Origin: an uncultured Eubacteriales bacterium
GTDB taxonomy: Bacteria; Bacillota; Clostridia; Oscillospirales; Acutalibacteraceae
Reading direction: 5' to 3'
Length of the DNA stretch: 64,000 nucleotides
NCBI GenBank assembly: GCA_965145485.1
Contig: CBCTCU010000001.1
Location: forward strand, 60,800 to 124,799
A model generated the notes under the pieces. The model had not been told where the DNA came from. It did not search any database and saw only the letters and a program-made list of their open reading frames with translations. The position numbers were made by a program, and so were the translations under genes. Each line of letters opens with the position of its first letter. The stretch's first letter is position 1. Below, piece by piece: positions 30,884 through 40,158 of the stretch.

Positions 30884-32168
30884 CTTGGGGGTCAACGCGC
30901 AGGGGCGTCTGACCATTGGCGGGTGCGACGCGGTGGAATTGTGCGAGCGGTTCGGCACGCCGCTGTATGTGATGGATGAGGACGCCATCCGGAAAAACTG
31001 CCGCGCTTTTCGTGGGTCTATTGAGAAATATTACGACGGCAAGGGCCGGTGCCTGTATGCCAGCAAGGCCTTTACCTGCCTTGCCATGGCCAAGATCATC
31101 CAGCAGGAGGGGCTGGGCATGGACGTGGTGTCCGGCGGCGAACTGGCTACCGCCCTTCGCGCTGGGGTTGACCCGCAGCTTTTGTGCTTCCACGGCAACA
31201 ACAAGACGGCCGATGAGCTGGCCTATGCCTTGGAGCAGGGGGTCGGCCGTATCGTCGTGGATAACCCGAACGAGCTCGACCGGCTGTGCCGGGAGGCCCG
31301 GCGCCGGAACAAGACGGCCGATATTTTGCTTCGCATCAAGCCGGGGATTGACGCGCATACCCACAGTTTTATCCGCACCGGGCAGATTGACAGCAAATTC
31401 GGCTTTGCGCTCGAAAACGGCGAGGCCATGCAGGCGGTGCGCTCGGCAATCCGGGAGGACTGCCTTCGCCTGCGGGGCGTTCACTGCCATATCGGCTCGC
31501 AGATTTTCGACGTCGATCCCTTTGAGCACGCGGCGCAGGTCATGCTGCAATTTATGGCCCGCGTGCGGGATGAAGAGGGCCTGGTGCTCGAGGAGCTCAA
31601 TCTCGGCGGGGGATTTGGCATTTCCTATGTGGAGGCCGACGACGCCAAGCCATACGAGGCGTTCATGCAGCGGGTCTCGTCGGTGATTCGCTCAACCTGC
31701 GCCGACATTGGCCTGCCGGTTCCCTTCATCATGATCGAGCCGGGGCGTTCGATCGCCGGCCCGGCGGGGACAACCTTGTATACCGTCGGCGGCGTGAAGG
31801 AAATCCCGGGCGTGAGAAATTATGTCTCGGTCGACGGCGGTATGACCGACAATCCGCGTTACGCGCTGTATCAGGCCGATTATACCGTTTTGTTGGCCAA
31901 CCGCGTCAGCGAGCCGGCCGACTATAAGGCTACCATAGCGGGAAAATGCTGCGAGAGCGGGGACCTACTGCAGGAAAACGTCATGCTGCCAAAGCCGGAG
32001 CCGGGCGACATCCTCGCCGTCTGCTGCACAGGGGCCTACAACTACTCCATGTCCTCCAATTACAACCGGATTCCCCGGCCCGCGGTGGTCATGATCCGGG
32101 AGTCGGAGCCCAGGGTCATCGTCAAAAGGGAAACGTATGATGACCTGATGCGAAACGACTTGGAGTAA
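30867..32168 (+). CDS. lysA: Diaminopimelate decarboxylase
   Basis: YASKAF (PLP Lys), HCHIGSQ, the GGGFGI-type motif LGGGFGISY, and CESGD near the C-terminus. ATG 30867 follows AGAGAGGA and overlaps the engB end by 17 nt. Confidence 0.9.
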   Translation: MFVSSSLGVNAQGRLTIGGCDAVELCERFGTPLYVMDEDAIRKNCRAFRGSIEKYYDGKGRCLYASKAFTCLAMAKIIQQEGLGMDVVSGGELATALRAGVDPQLLCFHGNNKTADELAYALEQGVGRIVVDNPNELDRLCREARRRNKTADILLRIKPGIDAHTHSFIRTGQIDSKFGFALENGEAMQAVRSAIREDCLRLRGVHCHIGSQIFDVDPFEHAAQVMLQFMARVRDEEGLVLEELNLGGGFGISYVEADDAKPYEAFMQRVSSVIRSTCADIGLPVPFIMIEPGRSIAGPAGTTLYTVGGVKEIPGVRNYVSVDGGMTDNPRYALYQADYTVLLANRVSEPADYKATIAGKCCESGDLLQENVMLPKPEPGDILAVCCTGAYNYSMSSNYNRIPRPAVVMIRESEPRVIVKRETYDDLMRNDLE

Positions 32169-32342
32169 GATGCTGGCGTAGGTATTCATGGCCCTGGTCC
32201 TTCCCATTCGACACGGGGCGATGTGCTCTGGTTGCCGCTAGGTTTTGACCGCTGGGCACCTGGTCGCCGGCGAGAGTGAGGCTGCGGTGGCCGTCAGCGC
32301 CGCTGCTTGCGGCAGGATGTAATCATCCCTTTGGATATACCA

Positions 32343-32380
32343 ACATCCGGGAGGTCTAGGAGCCTTCCGGATGTTTTTTG
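32343..32380 (+). terminator. Rho-independent terminator downstream of lysA
   Basis: ACATCCGG ... CCGGATGT stem followed by TTTTT. Confidence 0.7.
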
Positions 32381-32964
32381 TGAATGCTTTCGCAATGCAC
32401 GCCAGGCGAAGGCGGGCGTTCCAACGCCACCCCTCTTAGGGGCGGTCTGGACTGATTATGTAAAGCGCGTCAAAGCATTCGTTTCCGGCAACGGGTAAAG
32501 CGAGACATTATCACAAATTATCGTCCAAGAGCCAAGCGTGCAGGTACGAGCTGTATGGCATAGGGCATGCGGGAAAGCTAGCACGTTGCTAAGACGCTTG
32601 CTGGTCGTAGGCTCTCGCAGGATTAATATAAGCCTCGGCCTTGTTCGTGGTGATGACGGCAGCCAGCCTTTTGGCAGTGCCGGGAGTAGCCGGGGGCTCC
32701 GGCGATTGCGCTGGCGTGGCATATAGGGGCGCGCCGTGCGCATGGAGTTGCGTGCTTTACTACACCGTCTACCAAATGGGAGTTTCCCGCTACCGGGAAT
32801 GTGAAGCAGTCAATGGCCGCAATGCAGGCAATAAGGCCGAGCGCTTGAACCATGCAATCTAGCCGCCGGTGAGGCCATCGGTTTCACCGGCGAACATTTT
32901 CTTCCTTTACTTTTACACTTTGATGTGTTAGTATAATAATATTCCAAGGAGAGGGGCGCTCGCT

Positions 32965-33255
32965 GTGAATTCCAAGATTAAAGACCATAACCTGGATCAA
33001 TTATTCGAGGCGATTTTGACGCTTGAAAACGTGGACGAATGCTACGCTTTCTTTGAGGATTTGTGTACCGTTCCCGAGCTCAAGGCCATGTCGCAGCGCT
33101 ATGTGGTCGCCACCATGCTCAACGACAAACGGGTCTACAGCGATATCGTCAGTGAAACCGGGGCGAGCACGGCCACCATCAGCCGGGTAAACCGTTCCCT
33201 CATCTACGGATGCGACGGCTATGAGATGGTATTTGAAAGGCTGAAAAAGAAGTGA
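32965..33255 (+). CDS. yerC: YerC/YecD-family TrpR-related DNA-binding protein
   Basis: LDQLFEAILTLENVDECYAFFEDLCTVPELKAMSQRYVVATMLNDKRVYSDIVSETGASTATISRVNRSL. GTG start after GGAGAGGGG. Confidence 0.85.
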   Translation: MNSKIKDHNLDQLFEAILTLENVDECYAFFEDLCTVPELKAMSQRYVVATMLNDKRVYSDIVSETGASTATISRVNRSLIYGCDGYEMVFERLKKK

Positions 33256-34010
33256 GCGGGTACGGCGCCGGCTTCGCGCAGCACTACGACCGGCTGATGA
33301 GCGATGTCGATTATGAGGCGCGGGCGGACTATCTGCTCGCGGCATTGGATCGAGAAGGGATTTCCCCCGAGCTGCTGCTCGACCTTGGTTGCGGTACCGG
33401 CAGCCTGAGCTTGAGCCTGGCGCGCCGGGGGATTTCGGTGATAGGGGTGGACGTTTCCCCGGATATGCTCATGCTCGCGCGGGATAAGGCTGCGCGGGCA
33501 GGGGCGGATATTTTGTTTCTGGAGCAGGATATGCGCCGCCTCGACCTGTTCGGTACCGTTTCCGGCGCGGTATGTGCCATGGATGGGATCAACCACCTCG
33601 CCGGGCAGGAGGATGTGCGCTCCACACTGGAGCGATTGCATCTTTTTATCCAGCCGGGCGGGCTGTTTGTGTTTGATGTCAATACGGAATATAAACATCG
33701 GTCGGTCCTGGCTGACAACAGCTTTGTTTATGAGGATGAGCAGCGGGATGTTGTGTGCGTCTGGCGCAATTGCTGGGATGAGGAGCTTGGGACAACCGAC
33801 ATTATGCTCGATTTTTTTGAGGGCCGGCAGGATGGCTGGTATGAGCGCTACAGCGAGGATTTTACCGAACGGTATTATTCCGCGGAGACTTTGCGCAAAC
33901 TACTGACACAGACCGGTTTTGCCCTGTTGGGCGTGTACGACGACCTGTCGCCGCTCCCGCCGGGGCCACAGTGCCAGAGAATGACCTTGATCGCCAAAAG
34001 GATGGGATAA
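33252..34010 (+). CDS. Class I SAM-dependent methyltransferase
   Basis: Motif I is LLDLGCGTGSLS, followed by the post-I acidic residue GVDVSPDML. GTGA overlap with the yerC stop. Confidence 0.8.
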   Translation: MSGYGAGFAQHYDRLMSDVDYEARADYLLAALDREGISPELLLDLGCGTGSLSLSLARRGISVIGVDVSPDMLMLARDKAARAGADILFLEQDMRRLDLFGTVSGAVCAMDGINHLAGQEDVRSTLERLHLFIQPGGLFVFDVNTEYKHRSVLADNSFVYEDEQRDVVCVWRNCWDEELGTTDIMLDFFEGRQDGWYERYSEDFTERYYSAETLRKLLTQTGFALLGVYDDLSPLPPGPQCQRMTLIAKRMG

Positions 34011-34011
34011 T

Positions 34012-34899
34012 ATGAATAATTTGGTGCGCGCCATTACCAGCGACGGATGCGTGAGCATCATCGCGCTCGACTCCACCGCCATAGCGTCCAGAGCCGAGCA
34101 GATTCATCGCTCGAGCGCGGTGGTAACCGCGGCGCTCGGCCGCCTGTTGACCGCCGCCTCCATGATGGGCTGCGTGCTCAAGGGGGAGGGGAACAGCTTG
34201 ACCCTGCGCGTACGGGGGGACGGCCCCATCGGCTCGATGATCGCGGTGTCGGACGAGGAGGGCAACGTGCGCGGGTGTGTGGGCAACCCCCTGGTCGAGC
34301 TGCCGCTCAACGCAAAGGGGAAGCTGGATGTCGGCGGTGCGGTAGGGCAAGGAAATCTGTTTGTTATCAAGGATACAGGGGGGAAGGAGCCTTATGTCGG
34401 CTCAGTTCCTCTGGTGTCTGGCGAGATTGCGGAGGATATTACCGCTTATTACGCATCCAGCGAGCAGATACCCACGGTATGCGCCCTGGGGGTGCTGGTC
34501 GATCGCGACCTTTCGGTGCGGGCGGCCGGTGGGTATCTCATTCAGCTTTTGCCCACCGCAGACGAAGAGATTATCGCCAGGGTAGAGCGTTCGCTGGAGG
34601 GGGTCAAGCCAGTCTCTCAAATGGTGGATGAGGGGCTGACGCCGCTGGATATCTGCAAAGCCGCCTTGAAGGAGTTTGAGGTGGAGGAGTTGGACTCGAC
34701 CAAGGTCGAATACCGCTGCACCTGTTCGAGGCAGCGCATCGAGACCGCCCTGGTCAGCCTGGGACGGGATGAGCTTCAAAAGCTGGCCGACGAGCAGGAG
34801 ACCACGACCATCGAGTGCCATTTTTGCGACCGGGAATATGCCTTTTCCCGCCACGATATCCTGAGCCTGCTCAAAAAGTGTGGTAAACAGCCCGAATGA
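34012..34899 (+). CDS. hslO: Hsp33-family redox-regulated chaperone
   Basis: LVRAITSDGCVSIIALDST start and the C-terminal zinc centre CTCSRQRI...CHFCDREY. Confidence 0.9.
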   Translation: MNNLVRAITSDGCVSIIALDSTAIASRAEQIHRSSAVVTAALGRLLTAASMMGCVLKGEGNSLTLRVRGDGPIGSMIAVSDEEGNVRGCVGNPLVELPLNAKGKLDVGGAVGQGNLFVIKDTGGKEPYVGSVPLVSGEIAEDITAYYASSEQIPTVCALGVLVDRDLSVRAAGGYLIQLLPTADEEIIARVERSLEGVKPVSQMVDEGLTPLDICKAALKEFEVEELDSTKVEYRCTCSRQRIETALVSLGRDELQKLADEQETTTIECHFCDREYAFSRHDILSLLKKCGKQPE

Positions 34900-35064
34900 G
34901 GCATAGGATATAGGGAGGCAAGAACGGCAGAGGAGGATTCGTCTCTCCCCCCGGGGAAAAATTCTCAGCTTTTAAAATTTGTGGTTGACAACGCCCCCAA
35001 AATGGTGTATTATTATTTCTGCTGCTAATGACTCTTTTTTCAAAAGATGTTTTCGCAGATTTGG

Positions 35065-35140
35065 GGGAGCATAGCTCAGCTGGGAGAGCATCTGCCTTAC
35101 AAGCAGAGGGTCACAGGTTCGAGCCCTGTTGTTCCCACCA
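35065..35140 (+). tRNA. tRNA-Val (anticodon TAC)
   Basis: GGGAGCATAGCTCAGCTGGGAGAGC. The anticodon arm TCTGC-CTTACAA-GCAGA gives TAC. T-loop GGTTCGAGCC; CCA encoded. Confidence 0.92.
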
Positions 35141-35144
35141 CCTT

Positions 35145-35221
35145 GGCCTGGTAGTTCAGCTGGTTAGAACGCTAGCCTGTCACGCTAGAGGTCGTGGGTT
35201 CGAGCCCCATCCAGGTCGCCA
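35145..35221 (+). tRNA. tRNA-Asp (anticodon GTC)
   Basis: GGCCTGGTAGTTCAGCTGGTTAGAAC. The anticodon arm CTAGC-CTGTCAC-GCTAG gives GTC. T-loop GGTTCGAGCC; CCA encoded. Confidence 0.92.
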
Positions 35222-35225
35222 TTTT

Positions 35226-35301
35226 GCCTCTGTAGCTCAGTCGGTAGAGCAGTGGACTGAAAATCCACGTGTCACTGGTTCGATTCCGGTCGGAGGCACC
35301 A
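35226..35301 (+). tRNA. tRNA-Phe (anticodon GAA)
   Basis: GCCTCTGTAGCTCAGTCGGTAGAGC. The anticodon arm GTGGA-CTGAAAA-TCCAC gives GAA. T-loop GGTTCGATTCC; CCA encoded. Confidence 0.92.
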
Positions 35302-35306
35302 CACCT

Positions 35307-35382
35307 GCGGATTTAGCTCATCTGGTAGAGCGCCACCTTGCCAAGGTGGAGGTAGCGAGTTCGAGCCTCGTAATCCGCTCCA
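35307..35382 (+). tRNA. tRNA-Gly (anticodon GCC)
   Basis: GCGGATTTAGCTCATCTGGTAGAGC. The anticodon arm CCACC-TTGCCAA-GGTGG gives GCC. T-loop AGTTCGAGCC; CCA encoded. Confidence 0.92.
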
Positions 35383-35436
35383 TAGCAAGGACGCTTAAAT
35401 GAGATAATGATCCTTTTAAGCGTCCTTTCATCATCC

Positions 35437-35511
<75 letters not shown>

Positions 35512-35541
35512 GAATTGTTCCACAATATGGAACACACATCG

Positions 35542-35566
35542 AAAACCCGCTGTTTAAGCGGGTTTT
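35542..35566 (+). terminator. Rho-independent terminator closing the tRNA cluster
   Basis: AAAACCCGC-tgtttaa-GCGGGTTTT. Confidence 0.75.
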
Positions 35567-35763
35567 CAGTGCTTTCAGGGCAAAATAAGGAATGTCAACA
35601 AACGACAAACATTTGCCTGATTCTCCGGTCAACACGGACTTGAACCGGAGAAAAGCACTGGAAATTGATTTAAGGGTGAATTTGAGCGTCTTTCCTTTAC
35701 TCCCATTCGGGTAAAAGAAAGGCGCTTTTTCTTTTGCCTAAAATTCGAAAAGGAAGGTGCGAT

Positions 35764-36339
35764 ATGACAGTGGAGAAAATGCAAAAAGGACAGACTGCCC
35801 CCTTGGCGTCTGTGACAGGAAAAATCAGTATTCAGTTGATTGACGATTTTCCAAACCATCCGTACTATGTGTTTGATGACGATGACATGTTTGAGCTTAC
35901 GGAAAGTATCAGAAAGAACGGTATGATCACTCCCCTGATTGTCCGTAAAAAGGGGACCCGATACGAATTGATATCCGGGCATAGAAGAAAGCATGCCTGC
36001 GAGCTGCTTGGACATGGCGAAATAGCCTGCAGCATTGTAGATGTTACAGACGACGAAGCCATAATTATGATGGTGGACAGCAATTGCCAGCGCACGAAGG
36101 TGCTTCCGAGCGAACGCGCCTTTGCATACAAGATGAAGCTTGAAGCAATGAAAAGGCAGGGAAAGCGTTCAGATTTAACTTCTGCGCAAGTTGCACAGAA
36201 GTCGGCACGAAAGATGTCGCGGCAAATCCTTGCTGAGCAGGAGGGGCAAAGCCAGGATCAGATCAGGCGCTATATCAGGCTGACAAATCTTGTGCCGGAG
36301 CTGCTGGAGTTTGTTGATCTTGAAAAAATCAAGCTTTAG
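35764..36339 (+). CDS. ParB N-terminal domain (ParB/Srx-like) protein, probably C-terminally truncated
   Basis: The ParB box is LIVRKKGTRYELISGHRRKHACELLG, followed by MMVDSNCQR and an HTH-like SQDQIRRYIRLTNLVPELLEFVD. The reading frame stops abruptly (EKIKL*) where homologues, as I recall them, continue. GGAAGGTG RBS before ATG 35764. Confidence 0.7.
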   Translation: MTVEKMQKGQTAPLASVTGKISIQLIDDFPNHPYYVFDDDDMFELTESIRKNGMITPLIVRKKGTRYELISGHRRKHACELLGHGEIACSIVDVTDDEAIIMMVDSNCQRTKVLPSERAFAYKMKLEAMKRQGKRSDLTSAQVAQKSARKMSRQILAEQEGQSQDQIRRYIRLTNLVPELLEFVDLEKIKL

Positions 36340-36600
36340 CCGGACGCCTATGTGACGGTAACTCTCAGTGAGCAGACGCCCCTTGCAAACAAGGTGGACG
36401 ACAGCTACACCATTCCCTACGAAATCAGGTCCGGCGAAGAAACTTTCGAGGCGGTCACTTATGATGAAAGCACAGAACCGGGGACGAAAACGCCCCTGAC
36501 CGCCAACATATCATTTGCAACTCAATTTTATTTATTGGATGTAATGTATCGGAGAGCAAGGGCCCCGAAAATACCTTTTGGAATTTTCTGTTTGGTGTAA
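36340..36600 (+). pseudogene. Orphan coding fragment of unknown origin next to the truncated parB-like gene
   Basis: The frame reads PDAYVTVTLSEQTPLANKVDDSYTIPYEIRSGEETFEAVTYDESTEPGTKTPLTANISF. It has no RBS or credible start, and its composition and codon usage look coding. I interpret it as a deletion or junction remnant. Confidence 0.3.
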
Positions 36601-36839
36601 TCTGTAGTGGGCTTTATAAATGTGCGATTAGCAGGGAAAGCGACATCACCTCGGGAGATACGACACGCTGGCGGGAACCGCCGCTGCCCGAAAGAGAGCG
36701 GAACAGGAATGGTTAGGGAAATTTCTGGATTTGTTTGGCTCGTAAAAGCAGATAGGGGAGAGACATCCCTATAAGGTAGTTGGAAGAAGCATAACCACAA
36801 TTAAGCACCGTATGACCTACGCTCGAATGGATACAGGAC

Positions 36840-36885
36840 AAAACGGACGCCCCTGATCTGCTCCGATCAGAGGCGTCCGTTTTTA
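36840..36885. terminator. Bidirectional rho-independent terminator (serves the uvrA-like gene)
   Basis: AAAACGGACGCC...GGCGTCCGTTTTT with a nested CTGATC...GATCAG stem. It overlaps the stop codon of the minus-strand gene. Confidence 0.8.
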
Positions 36886-39387
36886 TAGATATTGTCCGGT
36901 AATGCTGTCTTGGCAATTTCGGATTTCTTTCGGTGTTCCGCACGCGACGATTCTACCGCCGTCCTCTCCGCCGCCGGGCCCCATGTCGATGATATAGTCC
37001 GCGTTACGCATGACATCCAGGTCGTGTTCGATCACAACCACTGTTGCGCCGTTGTTGATCAACGTCTGAAAGACACGCAGGAGTGTCTGTACATCCAGAG
37101 GATGCAACCCGATGGTAGGTTCATCGAAGACGAAAATGGAGTCCGACTGCATCCGGCCCATTTCACTTGCCAGCTTGAGCCGCTGTGCCTCGCCGCCAGA
37201 CAGACCGGGGGTCTCTTCTCCCAGCGTAAGATACCCAAGGCCTAGGCTCTGCAAGACCTGTAATTTTGGCAGAACGGTCTTCATATCTTTGCAAAAGCCA
37301 ATGGCAGTATTCACGTCCATTGCCATCAGCTCCGGCAGAGAGCAGACTTGCCCGGCTTTGTTTGTATACCGGACACCATAGGTTGTTTTTGCGTACCGGG
37401 AGCCACGGCACTCGGGGCAGGGGATGTCCACATCCGGCAGGAATTGTATGTCAAGGCTGATAGAACCGGTCCCGTCACAGACCGGACAGCGAAGCGAGCC
37501 GGTGTTATAGGAAAAATCTCCCGCCTTGTAGCCGTGTTGTTTTGCATCCGACGTTCGGGCGTAGAGTTTACGCAGTTCGTCATGGACATTGGCATAGGTG
37601 GCAATAGTGGAGCGGATGTTGATGCCTATGGGGGTGGCATCAATCAGCTTAATATGCTCGATGCCGGGTGCTTCGACAGAAAGGACGTGTTCTGGCAGCT
37701 TCATTCCTTTGGTAGCCGCCTCAACGGCAGGCACCAGACTCTCAAGCACCATCGTTGTCTTGCCGGAACCGGAAACCCCAGTCACAACGGTCAACCGCCC
37801 CTTGGGTATCTTTACATTGAGTTGCTTCACGGTATGGATCTGTGTAGTGGAGAGGATGATCGTCCCTTCTGCGAACAGATCGGAAGCGGCAATCTGTTTT
37901 TCCTTGATGACATCATCCGCCTCTCCTGCCAGAAATGGACCTATGCGAGAAGCTGGATTTTTCTCAATTTCAGATATCGTGCCTTCTGCAATGACACGGC
38001 CGCCATCCGCGCCCGCATGAGGCCCCATCTCAATAAGCCAGTCGGATTCTTTCAGAATTTGCGTATCGTGATCCACCAAGATTACGGAGTTTCCGTCTGC
38101 AATCAGGTCATGCATTACGTCGTTAAGTCCTACAATGTTGGAGGGGTGCAGACCTATGGAGGGCTCATCCAGCACATAGAGTACGCCGGTGGTCCTGTTT
38201 CGCACCGCGCGGGCAAGCTGCATCCGCTGCCGTTCTCCCGTAGACAAGGTGGCAGATGCTCTATCCAGAGAAAGATACGATAGTCCCAAGTCCATCAGGC
38301 GTTTTGCCGGTATCAGGAACGACTCGCATATACTCGTTGCCATAGGCCGCATTTCCTCCGGCAAAGAGGAGGGCACGGCTTTGATCCAGGCGATCAGCTC
38401 TTTCAACGGCATTTTACAGGCCTCATCCAGAGAAATCCCCTGAAGCTTCGGTGCCCGCGCCGCTTGCGAAAGCCTTGTGCCACCGCATTCCGGGCAGATT
38501 TCCTCTTTCAGAAACTTTTCCACCCGCTTCATGCCTTTTTCATCTTTTACTTTGCTCAAAGCATTCAACACCGTTGCTGTGGCGCTGTAGTATGTGAAAT
38601 CTATCTCCCCGGCAGTAACGCTCTCTTTGCTTTTCGGCTGATAGAAGATGTGCTTCTTCACCATAGGGCCGTCATAGACGATATCTTTTTCCGCATCCGT
38701 CAGATCCCGGAACGGTATGTCTGTCCGAACGCCCATTGCCCGGCATACATCGGTCATTAGCGACCACATGAGGCTGTTCCAAGGCGCTACCGCGCCGTTA
38801 TCAATCGTCAAGCTTTCGTCTGGAATTAGGGTGGAGCGGTCCACCGTTCGTACCGTTCCAGTGCCTCCGCAGCATTTGCAGGCGCCTTGGCTGTTGAATG
38901 CCAGTTCCTCCGCAGATGGAGCATAGAAGTGTTTTCCGCACTCCGGGCATACCAACTCCTGTTCTGCCGCGACAGCGAGAGTGGGAGAAAGATAATGCCC
39001 ATTCGGGCAGCGATGGTTTGCAAGCCGGGAGTACATCAGCCGGAGGCTGTTGAGCAGTTCTGTTCCTGTGCCAAAGGTGGAGCGGATACCTCCCGCTCCC
39101 GGCCTTTGATGCAGAGCCAGAGCAGCCGGAACATACAACACCTCATCCACATCCGCCTTTGCTGCTTGTGTCATCCTGCGGCGGGTATAGGTAGAGAGAG
39201 CATCCAGATACCGCCTGGAGCCCTCGGCATACAAAACCCCAAGAGCAAGAGAGGACTTACCGGAGCCGGATACTCCGGCGATCCCGACAATTTTATTGAG
39301 AGGGATGTCCACATCAATGTTTTTCAGGTTGTGTACCCTCGCACCCCGAATGTGTATTTTGAGGGGACTTTCGTTTTCTTTATTCAT
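36883..39387 (-). CDS. UvrA-paralog ABC ATPase (short, class II/UvrA2-like excinuclease ABC subunit A family)
   Basis: 834 aa. N-terminal IHIRGARVHNLKNIDVDIPLNKIVGIAGVSGSGKSSLA. There are two ABC modules (Walker A GVSGSGKT, signatures LSTGERQR and LSGGEAQR, Walker B YVLDEPS and FVFDEPT) and zinc modules CPECGKH, CKCCGGTG, CPECGGTR and CPVCDGTG...CPECRG. It is about 100 aa shorter than canonical UvrA. Confidence 0.85.
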   Translation of the reverse strand: MNKENESPLKIHIRGARVHNLKNIDVDIPLNKIVGIAGVSGSGKSSLALGVLYAEGSRRYLDALSTYTRRRMTQAAKADVDEVLYVPAALALHQRPGAGGIRSTFGTGTELLNSLRLMYSRLANHRCPNGHYLSPTLAVAAEQELVCPECGKHFYAPSAEELAFNSQGACKCCGGTGTVRTVDRSTLIPDESLTIDNGAVAPWNSLMWSLMTDVCRAMGVRTDIPFRDLTDAEKDIVYDGPMVKKHIFYQPKSKESVTAGEIDFTYYSATATVLNALSKVKDEKGMKRVEKFLKEEICPECGGTRLSQAARAPKLQGISLDEACKMPLKELIAWIKAVPSSLPEEMRPMATSICESFLIPAKRLMDLGLSYLSLDRASATLSTGERQRMQLARAVRNRTTGVLYVLDEPSIGLHPSNIVGLNDVMHDLIADGNSVILVDHDTQILKESDWLIEMGPHAGADGGRVIAEGTISEIEKNPASRIGPFLAGEADDVIKEKQIAASDLFAEGTIILSTTQIHTVKQLNVKIPKGRLTVVTGVSGSGKTTMVLESLVPAVEAATKGMKLPEHVLSVEAPGIEHIKLIDATPIGINIRSTIATYANVHDELRKLYARTSDAKQHGYKAGDFSYNTGSLRCPVCDGTGSISLDIQFLPDVDIPCPECRGSRYAKTTYGVRYTNKAGQVCSLPELMAMDVNTAIGFCKDMKTVLPKLQVLQSLGLGYLTLGEETPGLSGGEAQRLKLASEMGRMQSDSIFVFDEPTIGLHPLDVQTLLRVFQTLINNGATVVVIEHDLDVMRNADYIIDMGPGGGEDGGRIVACGTPKEIRNCQDSITGQYL

Positions 39388-39441
39388 AGATACAACGCTC
39401 TTCCTTTCATGAGATTCATCCTATCTTTTCACTGGCACCGA

Positions 39442-39867
39442 TTAAGCCTTCGCTTGCTTGTTCGTGCTCTTCATAGACTCCAGCAGCAAATAGAATTCCG
39501 GATATTGCTTTTTCATGTTGACGGGCCGGCCGTTTTGATTTAAAAAACAATGGGTACTGCTCGCGGTGCATACCACTTTATCCGAAACGGTCATGATATA
39601 GCTGAGCGTCAATTTTGCCGCACTCAATTCCAAAACACCGATGGAAATTTGGATAACGTCCGGGAATGTTGTGCTTTTCTTATAATCGCATGTTATCCCG
39701 ATCACTGGCGAGATAAGGCCCTCTTTCTCCATTTTGTCGTAACCCCAACCAAGCTGGTCTAAAAAATCAACCCGCGCCTCTTCCATAAACCGTATGTAAT
39801 TGGAATGATGGGTGATCTGCATTTTGTCCGTCTCATAGTACTGTATCTTGTGCTCGTAATTCATCAA
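39442..39867 (-). CDS. Hotdog-fold acyl-CoA thioesterase (4HBT/YbgC-like)
   Basis: IQYYETDKMQITHHSNYIRFMEEARVDFLDQLG. It lies 54 nt upstream of the uvrA-like gene on the same strand. An extended -10 (TGTATAAT) lies upstream. Confidence 0.8.
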   Translation of the reverse strand: MMNYEHKIQYYETDKMQITHHSNYIRFMEEARVDFLDQLGWGYDKMEKEGLISPVIGITCDYKKSTTFPDVIQISIGVLELSAAKLTLSYIMTVSDKVVCTASSTHCFLNQNGRPVNMKKQYPEFYLLLESMKSTNKQAKA

Positions 39868-40158
39868 GATTTCCCTCCAGATTTTGCACGATTTTCCTTT
39901 TATGATTATACATCAGAGGATCAGGCGTTTTCCCCGGCGCTCGATTCCGGCAAACATCTGGCCGGTGATCTGCCGGCAAAATTCGCCGGCGTCAGGGGGC
40001 GATGACCTCCGTGCGGTTGACGGTAATAAAGTTGTTCAATCGTAAGCCCTTGTATCTGCGTTCGCAAGAAAGTTCCTGAAACATTTCCAAAGCACGGAGA
40101 ATGCTGTCAAAATTTACGCTTTGGATTGTGACAGATGAATGCTTAGCAGTCTACAATT

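Noticed and set aside
37348-38283. 311-aa plus-strand ORF inside the island
   Set aside because: It is antisense to the UvrA-paralog gene, which has complete ABC and zinc-finger motifs.
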